From positions 1 through 64,000 of the forward strand of contig JAYWIR010000009.1 in NCBI GenBank assembly GCA_036172245.1: a stretch of DNA of 64,000 nucleotides. Reading direction: 5' to 3'. The notes below the pieces were generated by a model. The model saw nothing but the letters and a program-made list of their open reading frames with translations, made no database searches and had not been told where the DNA came from. Source of the DNA: Raillietiella orientalis. Its lineage: Eukaryota. A program made the position numbers and the translations under genes. Positions within the stretch are counted from its first letter, which is position 1. Every line of letters begins with the position of its first letter. Below are positions 35,904 to 47,465 of this stretch, one piece after another.

Positions 35904-38900
35904 CGAGTGCGGACGTGTTTTTCTTCGCTCTCGTCTCCGTGCTTTCATCCGCTTCATCTTGGCGTCGTATATTTTGACGACGATGTCGACCCAACCCGAA
36001 GCTACTCAAGTTGGAGGAACAGCATCCGGATCTGCAATCGCGGAACCGACGGCCGTCTCCACTTCGTCTTTCACGCCAATGGAGAGGAGTTTTGCTGACG
36101 TTGCTGCCACAAAAGCCGTCAAAGGGAAACCACTCGACGAGTCGGAGTTGCGGGCATACGTAGCCCAAGTCTAAGGACCTGCTCTCCGATATAAGGTGAG
36201 TGGTTTTCTTTCTGCGCGCGACGGGAATCAGTTCTACGATGAACTGAACCGTGTTGGCGTGCGGGAGGAGGACCTCCTCGCCATTATGCATGTAAAGGAT
36301 ATGGGCTATTTCAAGGTGCGTTGCAAAGACGCTGCACTTGTGCAACGCTTGCTGCGCACACCGTTGTCGATCCGTGGCCAGAAGGTCTTCCCGGCCGCCA
36401 TGGACGACTCATTTGTGGCGGAGATTTTCGACATCGAGTCCGAAATCTCCGATATTGATATTCGGGACGCGTTGGCGAAATTCGCCACGGTCCATGCGCT
36501 GTAAAGTGTGCGTAGGAGCCTCAAGGACTTCCCGTCCATACACAGCAGAGTCGCTGGAGTCCGGCTTACAATGCCGGACCGCCGTCTGCTGCCCACCAAA
36601 CTACAGGTGAAAGAAACGGTCGTTCACCTGCGGTTCGTGGGCACAGTAAGAACGTGCGAGCATTGCGGGAAGGAGGTGCATTGTTTGGATAAATGCCCCT
36701 CTGGAAAATGCCGTTATTGCAAACTATCCGGGCACCAATTGAAAAATTGCCCCGATCTTTTGCGAAAAAAGGCAGCCGCGGAGCATCATCTTGAGAAACA
36801 AATCGCGGAGAAAAAGAAAAAATCTGCGAATAACCTGGAGACCCCACGGCAGAAATTCCGAAAAAACGCGAGGCAGTATGTCGCCCCAAAGCAGCAGGAA
36901 ACCTCGCAAGCGAAGTCCTGCGCGCCCGCTCTCGCGGCAGGGGAGCCGCAAAAGAAAGGGTGCAGGGAATCCGGGGCAATGGTAAGTCCCCCTAGGCGCA
37001 ATAGCTGTCCTTCCCAAGCACGCCCGGCTCTTTCGGAGTTCGAGCAACCCGCGGGGACGTCAATGGACAACGGCGGTAAGGACACTTCCAGTACCGTCAG
37101 ATCCATTTCTTCACCTCCTGCAGTGGCTGAGAAGCCCAAATCGGGTAAGAAGGGTTGTGCCGTGTCGACTTCGAAAGCCGGCAAAAAAAAATCCGCGTCG
37201 CGATCCAACACCGCGAAAGCGGAGAAAAATCTCACGCCGTCGCAGTCGGAGAGCAAGCTCTCGACTGGCGCGGATGCCATGCCAACGAAGGGATTAAAAG
37301 CCCTTCCGAAAGCAGCGTCCATGACGAGCGTGTCGGCGCCATCGAAAGTGCTCCCGTCCAAAGACGCGGATGGCTTCAAAGATGGCCATGGAGCACAATC
37401 TCCATTTACGGCGCCACGCGAAGTGAGGAACCGTAATGAAGTAAAGAAGACTTCAGCAAAGGTCCCTCATGCAACTGCGCGTCAGCAGGCTGAAAACGCG
37501 CGCGCCGGGAAAGCAGCCGTCACCAAAAGCGATGCTCTGGTGACGGAAAACGAAAACAGGACAGCTGTCAATCCAGCAGCACCTGTCACTGCTTCGCGGA
37601 AGGCGGAAACCCGATCGAACATGCGCCGGTCGGACTCCGAAATGGATGCCGTTCCGATCACCGAGACGAGGACAACTCGTTCGAAAGCGTGTGCGCGCCG
37701 ATCAAAAGTAGGCAGTCAGGCAACGCTAGCCGCGAGGCCACGCGAAGTCTCCACGAAACCCGACGGGGTTAAGCTTGGCGTGGAGGCATTACATGCATGC
37801 AGCACGACAGAGGACGGTGGCGACCGTCCCCTCCAGCCAGTCGTGCTTCTCGCCGTCTGCTCGCCGGATAAAGCGAGCAAAAAGCAGCCACCTTCCCAGC
37901 AGTAATGCGGGGAATCGCGTCTAATCGCGAGAAGAGGCGATTAGTAGCCAACCCTCTGCGCCCCTTCGACCTCGCGCTCCTGCAGGAGATTCACGTAATC
38001 TCCGACGAGCAGGCACCCGAAATCGAGGAGCGCGCAGGCGGAACGCTACATTGGCGGTGCGGCGGCGCACACACGTGCGGCGTCGCGTTCCCCGTAAAAG
38101 GAAAGTTGGCGGAAGCGGTGCGTAGTGTTCTTTTCGATGACGACGGACGGATAGGCCTGCTTGTCATCAAGTGGTCCGAGTCCATCGATCTTGTCGTTAC
38201 GAACGTCTACGCGCCGAGTAGCTCTCGCTATCTCGAAGAAAGAGTAGCCTTCTTTGGTGACGTGCTGAGCCACTGGCTCAAGAACTCCGGTTTCCAAGTG
38301 GCGCACCTCGTCGCTGGGGACTTCAACGTCCGCCTGCTCTCCGACGATTGGAGCCGCGCGAGGGAGCGCGCGCTGCCCATCGAGATGTGCGCGTCCGTGC
38401 ACGCCGCCAACTTGATGGTCAGCGAACCTGGAATGGGAAGATCGCTCGATCACGTTTTCTTCGATGAAAACCTGCATTTGCGTGTGGGTAGGAGAGGAAG
38501 ATTGTTGACTAGACTTTCTGACCACCACAGGTTGGAGTTTGAGATCCTTCCGCCAGGCAGGGGGCCTCCGTTGCAAAGCTGGAGGATGCAGGCGGATTGG
38601 CTTAGCCAACCGGAGGCTGCGGAGCATCTACGTGGATACCTCCTGGGCTTTGCCATTCAAGAACTTGCGGACTGGGACGATCTCAAAAGATCTGTCCGCG
38701 AGTTCTGTTGCCAATTCCCCTTGCACCGGCTTCCACGCGGTTTCGGAGAGGGCGTGGCCAACAGTAGAGACTTTCTGCAGGCGCGCACGTTTTCGAGACG
38801 CGCGGATGTCGGGCGTCTCGCAGAGTACAAGGCGAGGGCCGAGCGCCAGGTCTGGCAGTCCGGAGCAGCATGCCTGTTGGACGACAAGGGCCAGGAATGT

Positions 38901-39577
38901 TCGGCCCCAGGCGAAGTACGCCGCATTGTGAGACGCTACTACTCCTCGCTCTACGCGGAATCCCCGACGGAGGATATTCTTTCTGAGATACTCCTGTCTC
39001 AGGATGCTCGTGTTGTCGGCGAGGAGGAACGCGAACGTCTCGAAGAGCCCTTCACGGCGGATAAATTTTCGTCCGCTATCGCTGGGCTGAAAAGACGAAA
39101 GGCGCCAGGCGAGGATGGGCTCCCTGCAGAGTTTTATCAGTGCTTTGAAGTGGAGCTCATTCCCTTGATGCTGAAACTCGCGACGCTGATGAGTGAATCC
39201 GGGAATGTCCCGGATTCCTTCCGCTCAGCGAAGGTGCGTCTCCTGCCGAAAGGCGGAGACTTGCGCCATCTTAACAACTGGCGTCCGATCACCTTGGTGA
39301 ACTCGGAAGTCAAGTTGTTTTCCAAGCTGTGGGTCGCGCGGTTAGGAAGTATCGCGGAATCGGTGGTGAGCCCGGAACAAACCTACGCGGTTCCGGGACG
39401 ATCCATGGAGGCGAACATCCTTTTCGCGCGTACATGGATGCAGCTGCAGGAAGTTGTGGCGAAGGAAAGCCAGGCTGCTGCGAAAGTCACTGCCGCAGGC
39501 AAAAAGAACAGGCGCCGACGGCAGGAGGGAACGCCAGGTGCCTTGGCGGTCGCGGTCGATCTCCACAAGGCGTTCGA
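35904..39577 (+). mobile_element. Element A3, 5' part, tandem with A2, cut at DLHKAFD
   Basis: Same 5' end CGAGTGCGGACGTG. ORF1 36508-37905. ORF2 from 37905 has lost the WNVNGL segment. Confidence 0.9.
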
Positions 39578-41698
39578 TTTTCACCCGGATTTCTCCGAGT
39601 CGTTTATTAAAAAAATAAACTTTGTAAACAAATTATTAATGGCTGTGGCAATGCTCCAGCCAGAAGCTAAGAACCGCGGCGCCTGCCAATTCACCGGTTT
39701 TTAGACCGGTACGGTCCACCAAGGCAGCAGGGGAAAGGGGAAAAACAAAAAAAACTAAACAAACAAAAAAAAAAAAAAACAAAGGGTGGGAGGGAACGGG
39801 AAGGGATCACTGTTGCCGCTGGGGCCGCATCAACCCTCTCAGGATGCTGGCAAGCTCTTGTTTGTTGTGAACATCCAGGTGGGACCATCGCGACGCCCTC
39901 CTCAGGAATTCGGAGGCGCACTGGATGGCTTCCTGATCGCTACGTCCTCCCGTTGCCGTGCTCCAGGCGGCGACGATCCCAGGAAGGCAGCACAAGGCTG
40001 CTATCGATGACGCTGGCCGCACAGCGTCGGCAACGAAGAAGGCTTTTAGTGTGTCTTTGGGGTTGCCGCAAGGGATACCGATGGCCGCGGCAAAGCGGAA
40101 CCAAAGGGGCCGAAGGGCAACACAATCCACTAGGAGGTGGGGGAGGGACTCCCGTTCCCCGCACCTTACACAATTGGGATCCACCGCTCCCCAGGTCCAG
40201 TGGTGTCGACGGGCGTTGCAGGGGAGTCCCCAGTGCTGCAACAAAAATGCCGACTCTTGCCATTTTAGGGGGAGGATGGAAGTGTTCATAAGAATCGGGG
40301 GCCAGTTCAGATGTTCAATCGGAACATCCTTCAGCGCTACCCAGCGCAGAAGTCCATTAGGAGGCGTACTCGGGGTCTCAGCATCAGTTAGCTGGCCCAT
40401 CTTCCACTCTCTCTGCTTCTTCTCCTTCCTGGAGATTTTTATTGTAACCTACCACTTCGCCGCAACATCGCTGTCCTGATATTCCACTAGGGAGTCCAGC
40501 GCAGCAGAGAGGGCGGTTCTTCCTCACCACGCTCTCTTCTTAGGATCCTCCAGGATCTCACGGAGCGTGCAACTTCTGTAACACCCAACCAGGAACCTTC
40601 GTTCCTGATGGGAGGGTTGCATGCCGAACTGTCCCAACGTACGAACGGTTTCCTGCAACCAGGCACTACCGTTCGTGGGGAGACAGGTGATCCATCCTTG
40701 ATTTTTCCTTGCCAGCGCAGCCACCCTCCGTAGCTGAAGCCCACATCGGTTGATGCGGCTTCGATGGAGTGCAAGAAACGACGTAAGTCCCGTCTTGCCG
40801 GTGGCTTGCTGAAGGAGGAGACGTGCAGGGACGCACCAACAGGTGCACCACAACTCCGGCACAAGTGCCAAACTCCGGAACTGGAGCTACTGCTCCAGCC
40901 GCTCCAATGTCAGGAGGCCGAGATCACCGTCCTTACGTGCAGCGCACAAGTCTTTGAGCCTCACACGGGACCTCCCTTTGCCCCAAAGGACTGTCCTCAG
41001 GAGGCCCGCTGCTCGTTTCGGAATAAAATACGGGGCGGGGCAAACAAGTAGTAGGGGGCGAAGGAGGGGAGCCGCAAACGCGTTCCACACAGCGGCCTGT
41101 TCCTGCAAGTAGAACTTGCCTTCTTGGAACGGAACGATCGCCAACGCTGCCTTTTGGAGACGGTCGGACCAGGCTTCTGCTCCGCAGAAGTCCCCCAAAG
41201 GTACGCCGAGGTAGTGAAGCACCTGCCCGTGGGGATCCCCAAGCGGATCCACTCCAACCGTCCAGCCCACGCCGAACCGACGAAGACCATGGACGACTTC
41301 GCCCTGTTCACCTCCAGGCCCGTCCCGCGGCGCAGCAACTCGAAGAATTCCTCGAGCGCACTCGCCGGGGTGGACCCGGGAAGCAGCAGCAGAAGATCGT
41401 CTGCATAGGCCGACACGGCAGGCGTGCCGGCACACGAGATCGGCAGGGTTGCCAGAGTTACCCTGTGTGCTCCCAGCACCACCTCGAAGTAGATGATGAA
41501 GAGTAAGGGGCTCAGGCTGTCACCCTGCCGGATACCGCGGCGGACTGGCACGCCGTACACGTGGCGGCCGCTGCAACCAATATTAATTGACGCGTTGCGT
41601 TAGCAGGAGCGCAGGTAGGACTGGAGCTCGGCCGGGAAACCCATGCGTTGCAGGAGCTCCAAAAGCAGTTCCTGTTCGACACAGTCGAAAGCTTTACG
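39578..41698 (-). mobile_element. Element H, 3' half (from KAFD to the 3' end)
   Basis: RQGDSLSP, YADD, zf-RVT ORF 39807-40400. 3' AATAAACGACTCGGAGAAATCCGGGTGAAAA. Confidence 0.88.
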
Positions 41699-44600
41699 TC
41701 GGCTAGTGCGGACGTGTTTCCTGGGTGCTCCTGGTGCCGGGAACCGTCCCTAGGTGTAGGCTTCGTGTGTGGTGGTGGTCGATCAGGCAGCAATGCCTGA
41801 CGCGACCACCAGTACGTGTCAGGGGGCGGTGGCAACGTCGCCTCCTGAAGAAATGGAGTGCCAGGTGGCGGCGGCAACGTCGCCTCTAGAGAAGGTGGTG
41901 TGCCAGGGGGCGGCGGCAACGTCGCCTTCAGTGGCGAAGGAGGTGGGGGCGTTCGCCCTCACAAAACCGGTCCCCGCTGCAGCGCGGGCGGGGAGCGCCG
42001 TCGTGTCGGCGCCATCGCCTACAGCCGCGGCGGAATTATCTGCCCATGTGGAAGAGGGGTATAACCCATCACTATTCTACAAGGTAGGAAATTTGTATTC
42101 TGCTGAGAGTGCGCGCGCCTTTTCGAAGGGGATGCGCGCTCTCGATGTTAAAGAAGAGGAGCTCTGCGCTATGACCATTCGTAGCGGGGGGCAGTACGTA
42201 GAGGTGATCTGCAAACATGCAGATCTGGCCCAACGTCTGCTTAAAACCCCCGTGGTAATGGGGACACGCAGGCTCCTTCCCGTTACGGCGGACCACAGTA
42301 TGGTGGTCCACCTTTTAGGAGTTACCGCGCGGATGCGGAAAGAACAGTTACGCGCCGCGTTGGGAAAAGAAGGCACGGTCCATGCAGTATGGACCAAGCC
42401 TAGTCCTTTCGAGGACTATACCACTGTTCAGTGCGGCCTCACGGCTGCCCGTGTAACCGTTCGGAAGGGCTCTACCCTTCCCCACAAACTGGTAGTCGAC
42501 GGAGAAAGCGTCGACCTCTGGTACGTGGGGAAGCCCAAATACTGTGGCTTCTGCAACACGTCGGGACACCTCAAAAGGAGGTGCCCCAACGTACAGTGCC
42601 TGGTATGCGGGACAATGGGCCACACGAAGGAAGTGTGTCCACAATCCGCTGTGCGCGTGGTTTCCGCGAGGAACCTAAAAAAAAGCGCGCGGTTGCTTCA
42701 GAAAAAACTGGCGGCGAAGGCTGCCGCTCAAGCTGTGCCACCCACTCCCGTGGTCCAGGCCTCAGCCGACACCCCGGCAACGAATGCCGAAAAGATTGAC
42801 AAAAGCGGTCAGGTGTTGGAATAGCAAGAAGTCACAGCGAAAAAGAAAAAAAAGTCGAAGAAAGAACGACGAATCGAAAAAAAGCTCGCCTACCAAAATA
42901 AAAAACAGCAGGTTAGCGAGAATTTAAAAGAATGTAGCGTCGTCGTGGAACGCGTCCCCGCCGAACGCCGCAAGGTAGAAATCGCTGCTACCGACGAGCA
43001 ACCCACTGTTGAAAATGTCAACAGCGTGGGGAGCGAACCGGCGGAAGCGTCCATCATCGAGACCGTGATCGATGACGCCGCCTTCGAGCGTGCGGCGGAG
43101 GAGCTGGCTGCATCGTTGCAGCCAGACCCGTCCAAGGCTGGCAAAAATGCAGTGAGGCGTTCGGCCTCCACCGAGGAGTCGGTAACTTCCGACCCCGAAG
43201 CGCAGGCCGGAAACCAAGTTTCCATCACCGCGGCACCCCGCCGGAAGGCTGGAAGGAAATCCAGCAAACCCCGGAAAGCCCCTCTCCAGGTCGAAGGCGT
43301 GGAGATCACTTCCGACTGCGAGGGTGCCATGAGCGTGGGAGAATCCCGGGAGTCGTCACCCGAGAGACCACCACGCACAGACACGGAGGAGATGGAGGGG
43401 GTTGAAGCCGGAAAGGTACCCAAGGTGCCTGAGGAGGCTGAAACCCTAATGGTCATCTCACCCGCCTCGGAAGAGGCGGGTTCCCCCACACCGTCATCTT
43501 TCCGGCAGTAATGCCGCGAATCTCCTCCCGCAGTCCTCTGCGCATCGCCGTTTGGAACGTGAACGGCATGACAGACGCCGGCAGGAGACGAGACATGGCC
43601 GCCATTCTAGGATCGTTCGACCTTGTGCTGCTGCAGGAGATCCATGTGATCTCTGCAGAACAAGCGCAGGAGATCGAACGCATCTACGGAGGGCGGCTGT
43701 GGTATCGGTGTGGAACATCGAGAAGCTGTGGTGTCGCTTACCTGCTTCGGTCCGCCATCGAGGCCGCCGCCCGTGGAATTCGGTTCGACGATCACGGTCG
43801 TGTCGGCCAGCTGACTCTCAGCTGGTCCGACTCGATCGACCTGATCGTTATGAACGTTTACGCCCCGAGCGGAGCCGACCTGACGAACAGGAGGGCCAGG
43901 AAAGAATTTTTACTTGCACTCCATAGCGACTGGTTGACCGAGGCAGGCGTGCGGAATGCCCATCTGGTTGCAGGCGATTTTAACGTTCGTCTGAAACCGG
44001 ATGGGCCGAATCACGAGCGTGACCTCGTCAACGAGGTGTGCGCGGCGGTGCACACTTGTAATTTGTTGGCCAGTGTACCAGGGATGGAGGACAACATCGA
44101 TCACGTGTTCCTTGACGAGCACCTGTGCACTCGTGTGGGCAGGCCCTGCAAGATGCCGTGCGAGTTGACTGACCATCGACCAATCGTGATTGAAATCCAT
44201 CCGCGCGACAGGGGCCCCCCCTCGTCAGCGTGGCGTTTGCCAGGGGACTGGCTGAAGCTCCCGGACGCGACGGAACATCTCCGCACGTTTACACGGAGCT
44301 TTAGGATGCAGACACTTCAGGATTGGGACAGCTTTAAACGGTCGGTCCAGGAGTTCTGGGACCAGTTCCCTCTGCACCGCCTACCTGCGGGATTTGGGGA
44401 CGGGGTACGTAACGAACGAGCCTATCTGCAGGCTCGCCGTTACGCCAGGACCCCCGACATCCGCAGGCTGGCGGAATACAAAGCGGGAGCCGAGAGGCAA
44501 GCCTGGCAGTCAGGATCGGCCAGCTTGCTGGACGATCAGGGCCAGGAGCATTCGGCACCCGCTCAGATCCGCGGTCTGCTGCGGCGTTTTTACTCCTCCC

Positions 44601-45246
44601 TGTACGCAAGAACGCCTCCCGAGCGGGATTTCTCACGAATCCTGCTTCCGATAGGCGCACCTGCGATCGGGGAAGAGGAGAAAAAGTCTCTCGACGAGTC
44701 TTTCACGATGGGCGAGATCATCTCTACCATCGGAAAGCTCAAGAGGCGAAAGGCTCCAGGGGAGGACGGCCTGTCCGCGGAGTTTTATCAAAATTTCGCG
44801 GCTGAACTAACCCCTCTGGTACATCAACTCACCTTGCTGATACGCGAGACAGGTGACGTTCCCGCCTCGTTTCGTTCGGCAAAGGTGCGGCTTCTCCCTA
44901 AGGGAGGAGATCTGAGGAGCATGAACTACTGGCGTCCCATCACAATAGTGAATGCGGATGCCAAGTTGATAGCTAAGGTTTCGGCTGAGCGTCTGGGACG
45001 GGTTGCAAACGCCTTCACCAGCCCGGAACAGACGTATGCTGTTCCGGGGCGAAGCATGGAGGCGAACCTGTTCCACGCTTCCACCTGGCTAGAGCTCCAA
45101 CACGAAAGGGGCTTGATGCGCACCGGGAATTCCGGTGAGTCTGTCAGTCATGCGACGGATGGTCGGATGGGGGAAGGAGTACTTGCGGTCGCTGTCGACT
45201 TGCGTAAAGCATTCGACAGCGTCGACCAGAATCTCCTGCTGGAGCT
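41699..45246 (+). mobile_element. Element I, 5' part (ORF1, APE, RT N-half)
   Basis: GGACGTG at 41710. ORF1 41793-43511 with one stop at 42822. TAATG overlap. ORF2 open to DLRKAFDSVDQNLLLEL. Confidence 0.9.
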
Positions 45247-45252
45247 TCGACT

Positions 45253-47465
45253 GCGTTCGACTGCGTAAACCAGAAGCTGCTTTTGGAGCTTATGGAACGC
45301 CTTGGGTTCCCGGAGCAACTACTGCTGTATTTGCGCGCGTGCTGGCGCCACGCGCTAACCTGCATCACTTTTAGCGGCTGCCGCGTGTATGGTATTCCCG
45401 TTCGTAGGGGCATCCGACAGGGCGACAGCTTAAGCCCGTTGCTCTTCAGCATCTTCTTTGAGTTGGTGCTAAGAGCATACAGGCTGACGCTGTCTCACTT
45501 GCCAAGCTCCTGCCCGGGAACGCCTGCCGTGGCCGCCTACGCTGATGACCTGCTTCTGTTGACCATGTCCACCCCGGCAGCATCGCTTGAAGACTTCTTT
45601 GAGTTGATTCGTCGCGGTGCGGGCGTGAGCGTTAACAGGAGTAAGTGTATGGTTCTTCCGGTGGGTGCGACGTGGGAGGGGCAGTCCGACTGGATCGACC
45701 TGGGGATCTCCACGGGCAGGTACCTCAGGTACCTTGGCGTGCCGTTGGGCGACTTCTGCATCTCAGAAGCGTGGTCGGACTGCCTTCGGAAGGCAGAGCG
45801 TGCACTTGGCCCGTTTTCACGAGGCGAGTTCGTCTTGCCGGAACGGGCATGCATCTGGAACACCTTCGTTGCCCCCCTCCTCCGCCCCCTGTTTTTTCTT
45901 TGTCCTCCCCCCCAGGAAGTCAATATCTGGGCGCAGCGCCTTCTACGCAAAGCGTTGTGGGGCGCTGCAAGATCCCGTGTTAGACTTAAAGACTTGGTGG
46001 CGCCGCGTCAGGATACAGGCTTGGGCACCCTCGACTTAAACAGTATCGACCTGCAGGTGCAGTTTCCCATTCTGCGTCTCTGTGCTTAGCTGTAGTGTAC
46101 GCCGTGGTGCTTACCCGTACACTTTCTACTCAGGCGTTGTACGGGAAGCGAGGGACTGCTTTCGTTGCTACCCCACTTTCGGCACACCAGAATAGGGTTT
46201 GGCTTCCGGCTGAGGCAGCTGTCCTCACTGCTGGAAGCCCAAAGCTGGATCTCCTGCCGCCCCATGAACATTAATGCATGGCGGCAGGAATCTTTTTCAT
46301 CGTGGGCAGCTTCCGAAGGAACGCGCCCGGAAGATCTTCGACGCCTGCGACTTCTCCTCAGTCATCAAATGAACGAAGTCATGGAGGACAAGAAGTTGTC
46401 GGATCGTCTGGCCGCCACACCACTCGCCGCAGCGCTGTCTGCCCTCAGGGCAAGCAACGACGGTTGCCTACCGGCGGAATGGGAGTTCTCCTGCAAAATA
46501 GCGGGAGTCAGTAAGCTCCTCGGCAGCTGGACGACAACGGAGCTGGTGCAAGCCGCCACACCTCGGAATCGGCCGAAGGGCCTGCTTCGGTGGAGCGAAC
46601 ATTTAAGTGTGCCCCCCGGAGATAGTGGTTCCCCCCGTTTGTTTGGACAGCTCCGTGTTCCCCCTTAAGTGGAAACAAGATGTGCTGCTCTTTTTACATT
46701 GTGCATTACACTGTAATAGGCAGCGAAGCATCGTTTACGGGGGAGCTGCTTTGCCAAACTGTTTAAGGTGCGGAGAGATCGAATCTTTTCCGCACCCTTT
46801 GCCGGACTGCGGTGACCTCCGGGAACTGTGGCGAAGCCTCACTTCGGCCCTCATGCCACAAGGAGGCACTGCCATTGATGTGCTGCGGCGCTTCTTCAGC
46901 AGAAATGGACTTTCGGTTGGCGCGATTGTCGCAACCATGTGTTGCGTTCGCGCCATCGTGAAGGCCCGCTACGCCCTGGAGTTGTCATCGCAGCGAAGGG
47001 AGGCTCACCTGCTTGCAGCTCAATTCATGGAGAAGGCTTCAAGGTGGTCTCATCTTCGTGACAAGGTGAATCAGGACATCACCGGCATACATCGCCGGTT
47101 TACACACCTTTGAGAACGGCGTAATCCGGTTACCCCTGTTACCTCTCGCCTACCCATACCCCGTCCCCGTTCGTTCGGTAAAATTTCCGGTGCCCATGCT
47201 TTTATCCCCGTGTCTTCCAGAGCGATCCCAAAGACCCCTATCCCGTCCTCCTAATTCATTGTTTTTATTTTACTTTGGTTTCTATGTGTTCCCCGCCCTC
47301 CCACACCGTTCGCAAAACTGTTACTCTGGCCTGCGTGTTAGCAATATTCTCGTCATTCTTGTTCATTCGTCGAATAAGAGTTTGGTTTTTAACTAATCTA
47401 TTTTGTATAATTGGTTTTTTGGTTATGTTATATGGAATAAACGTCCCGGCGTGACAGGGTGAGAA
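45253..47465 (+). mobile_element. RT C-half: A-family sequence (to ~45560) switching to an A-related family L, with its 3' end
   Basis: GCGTTCGACTGCGTAAACCAGAAG matches A2 at 33711. Diverges after YADD. Ends AATAAACGTCCCGGCGTGACAGGGTGAGAA. Confidence 0.82.

Noticed and set aside
39578..45253. H(-) plus I(+) as a single twin-priming 5' inversion
   Set aside because: I keeps an intact 5' end facing H at the same KAFD position as E in M, and the two overlap in RT motif A. Nested insertion followed by deletion fits better.
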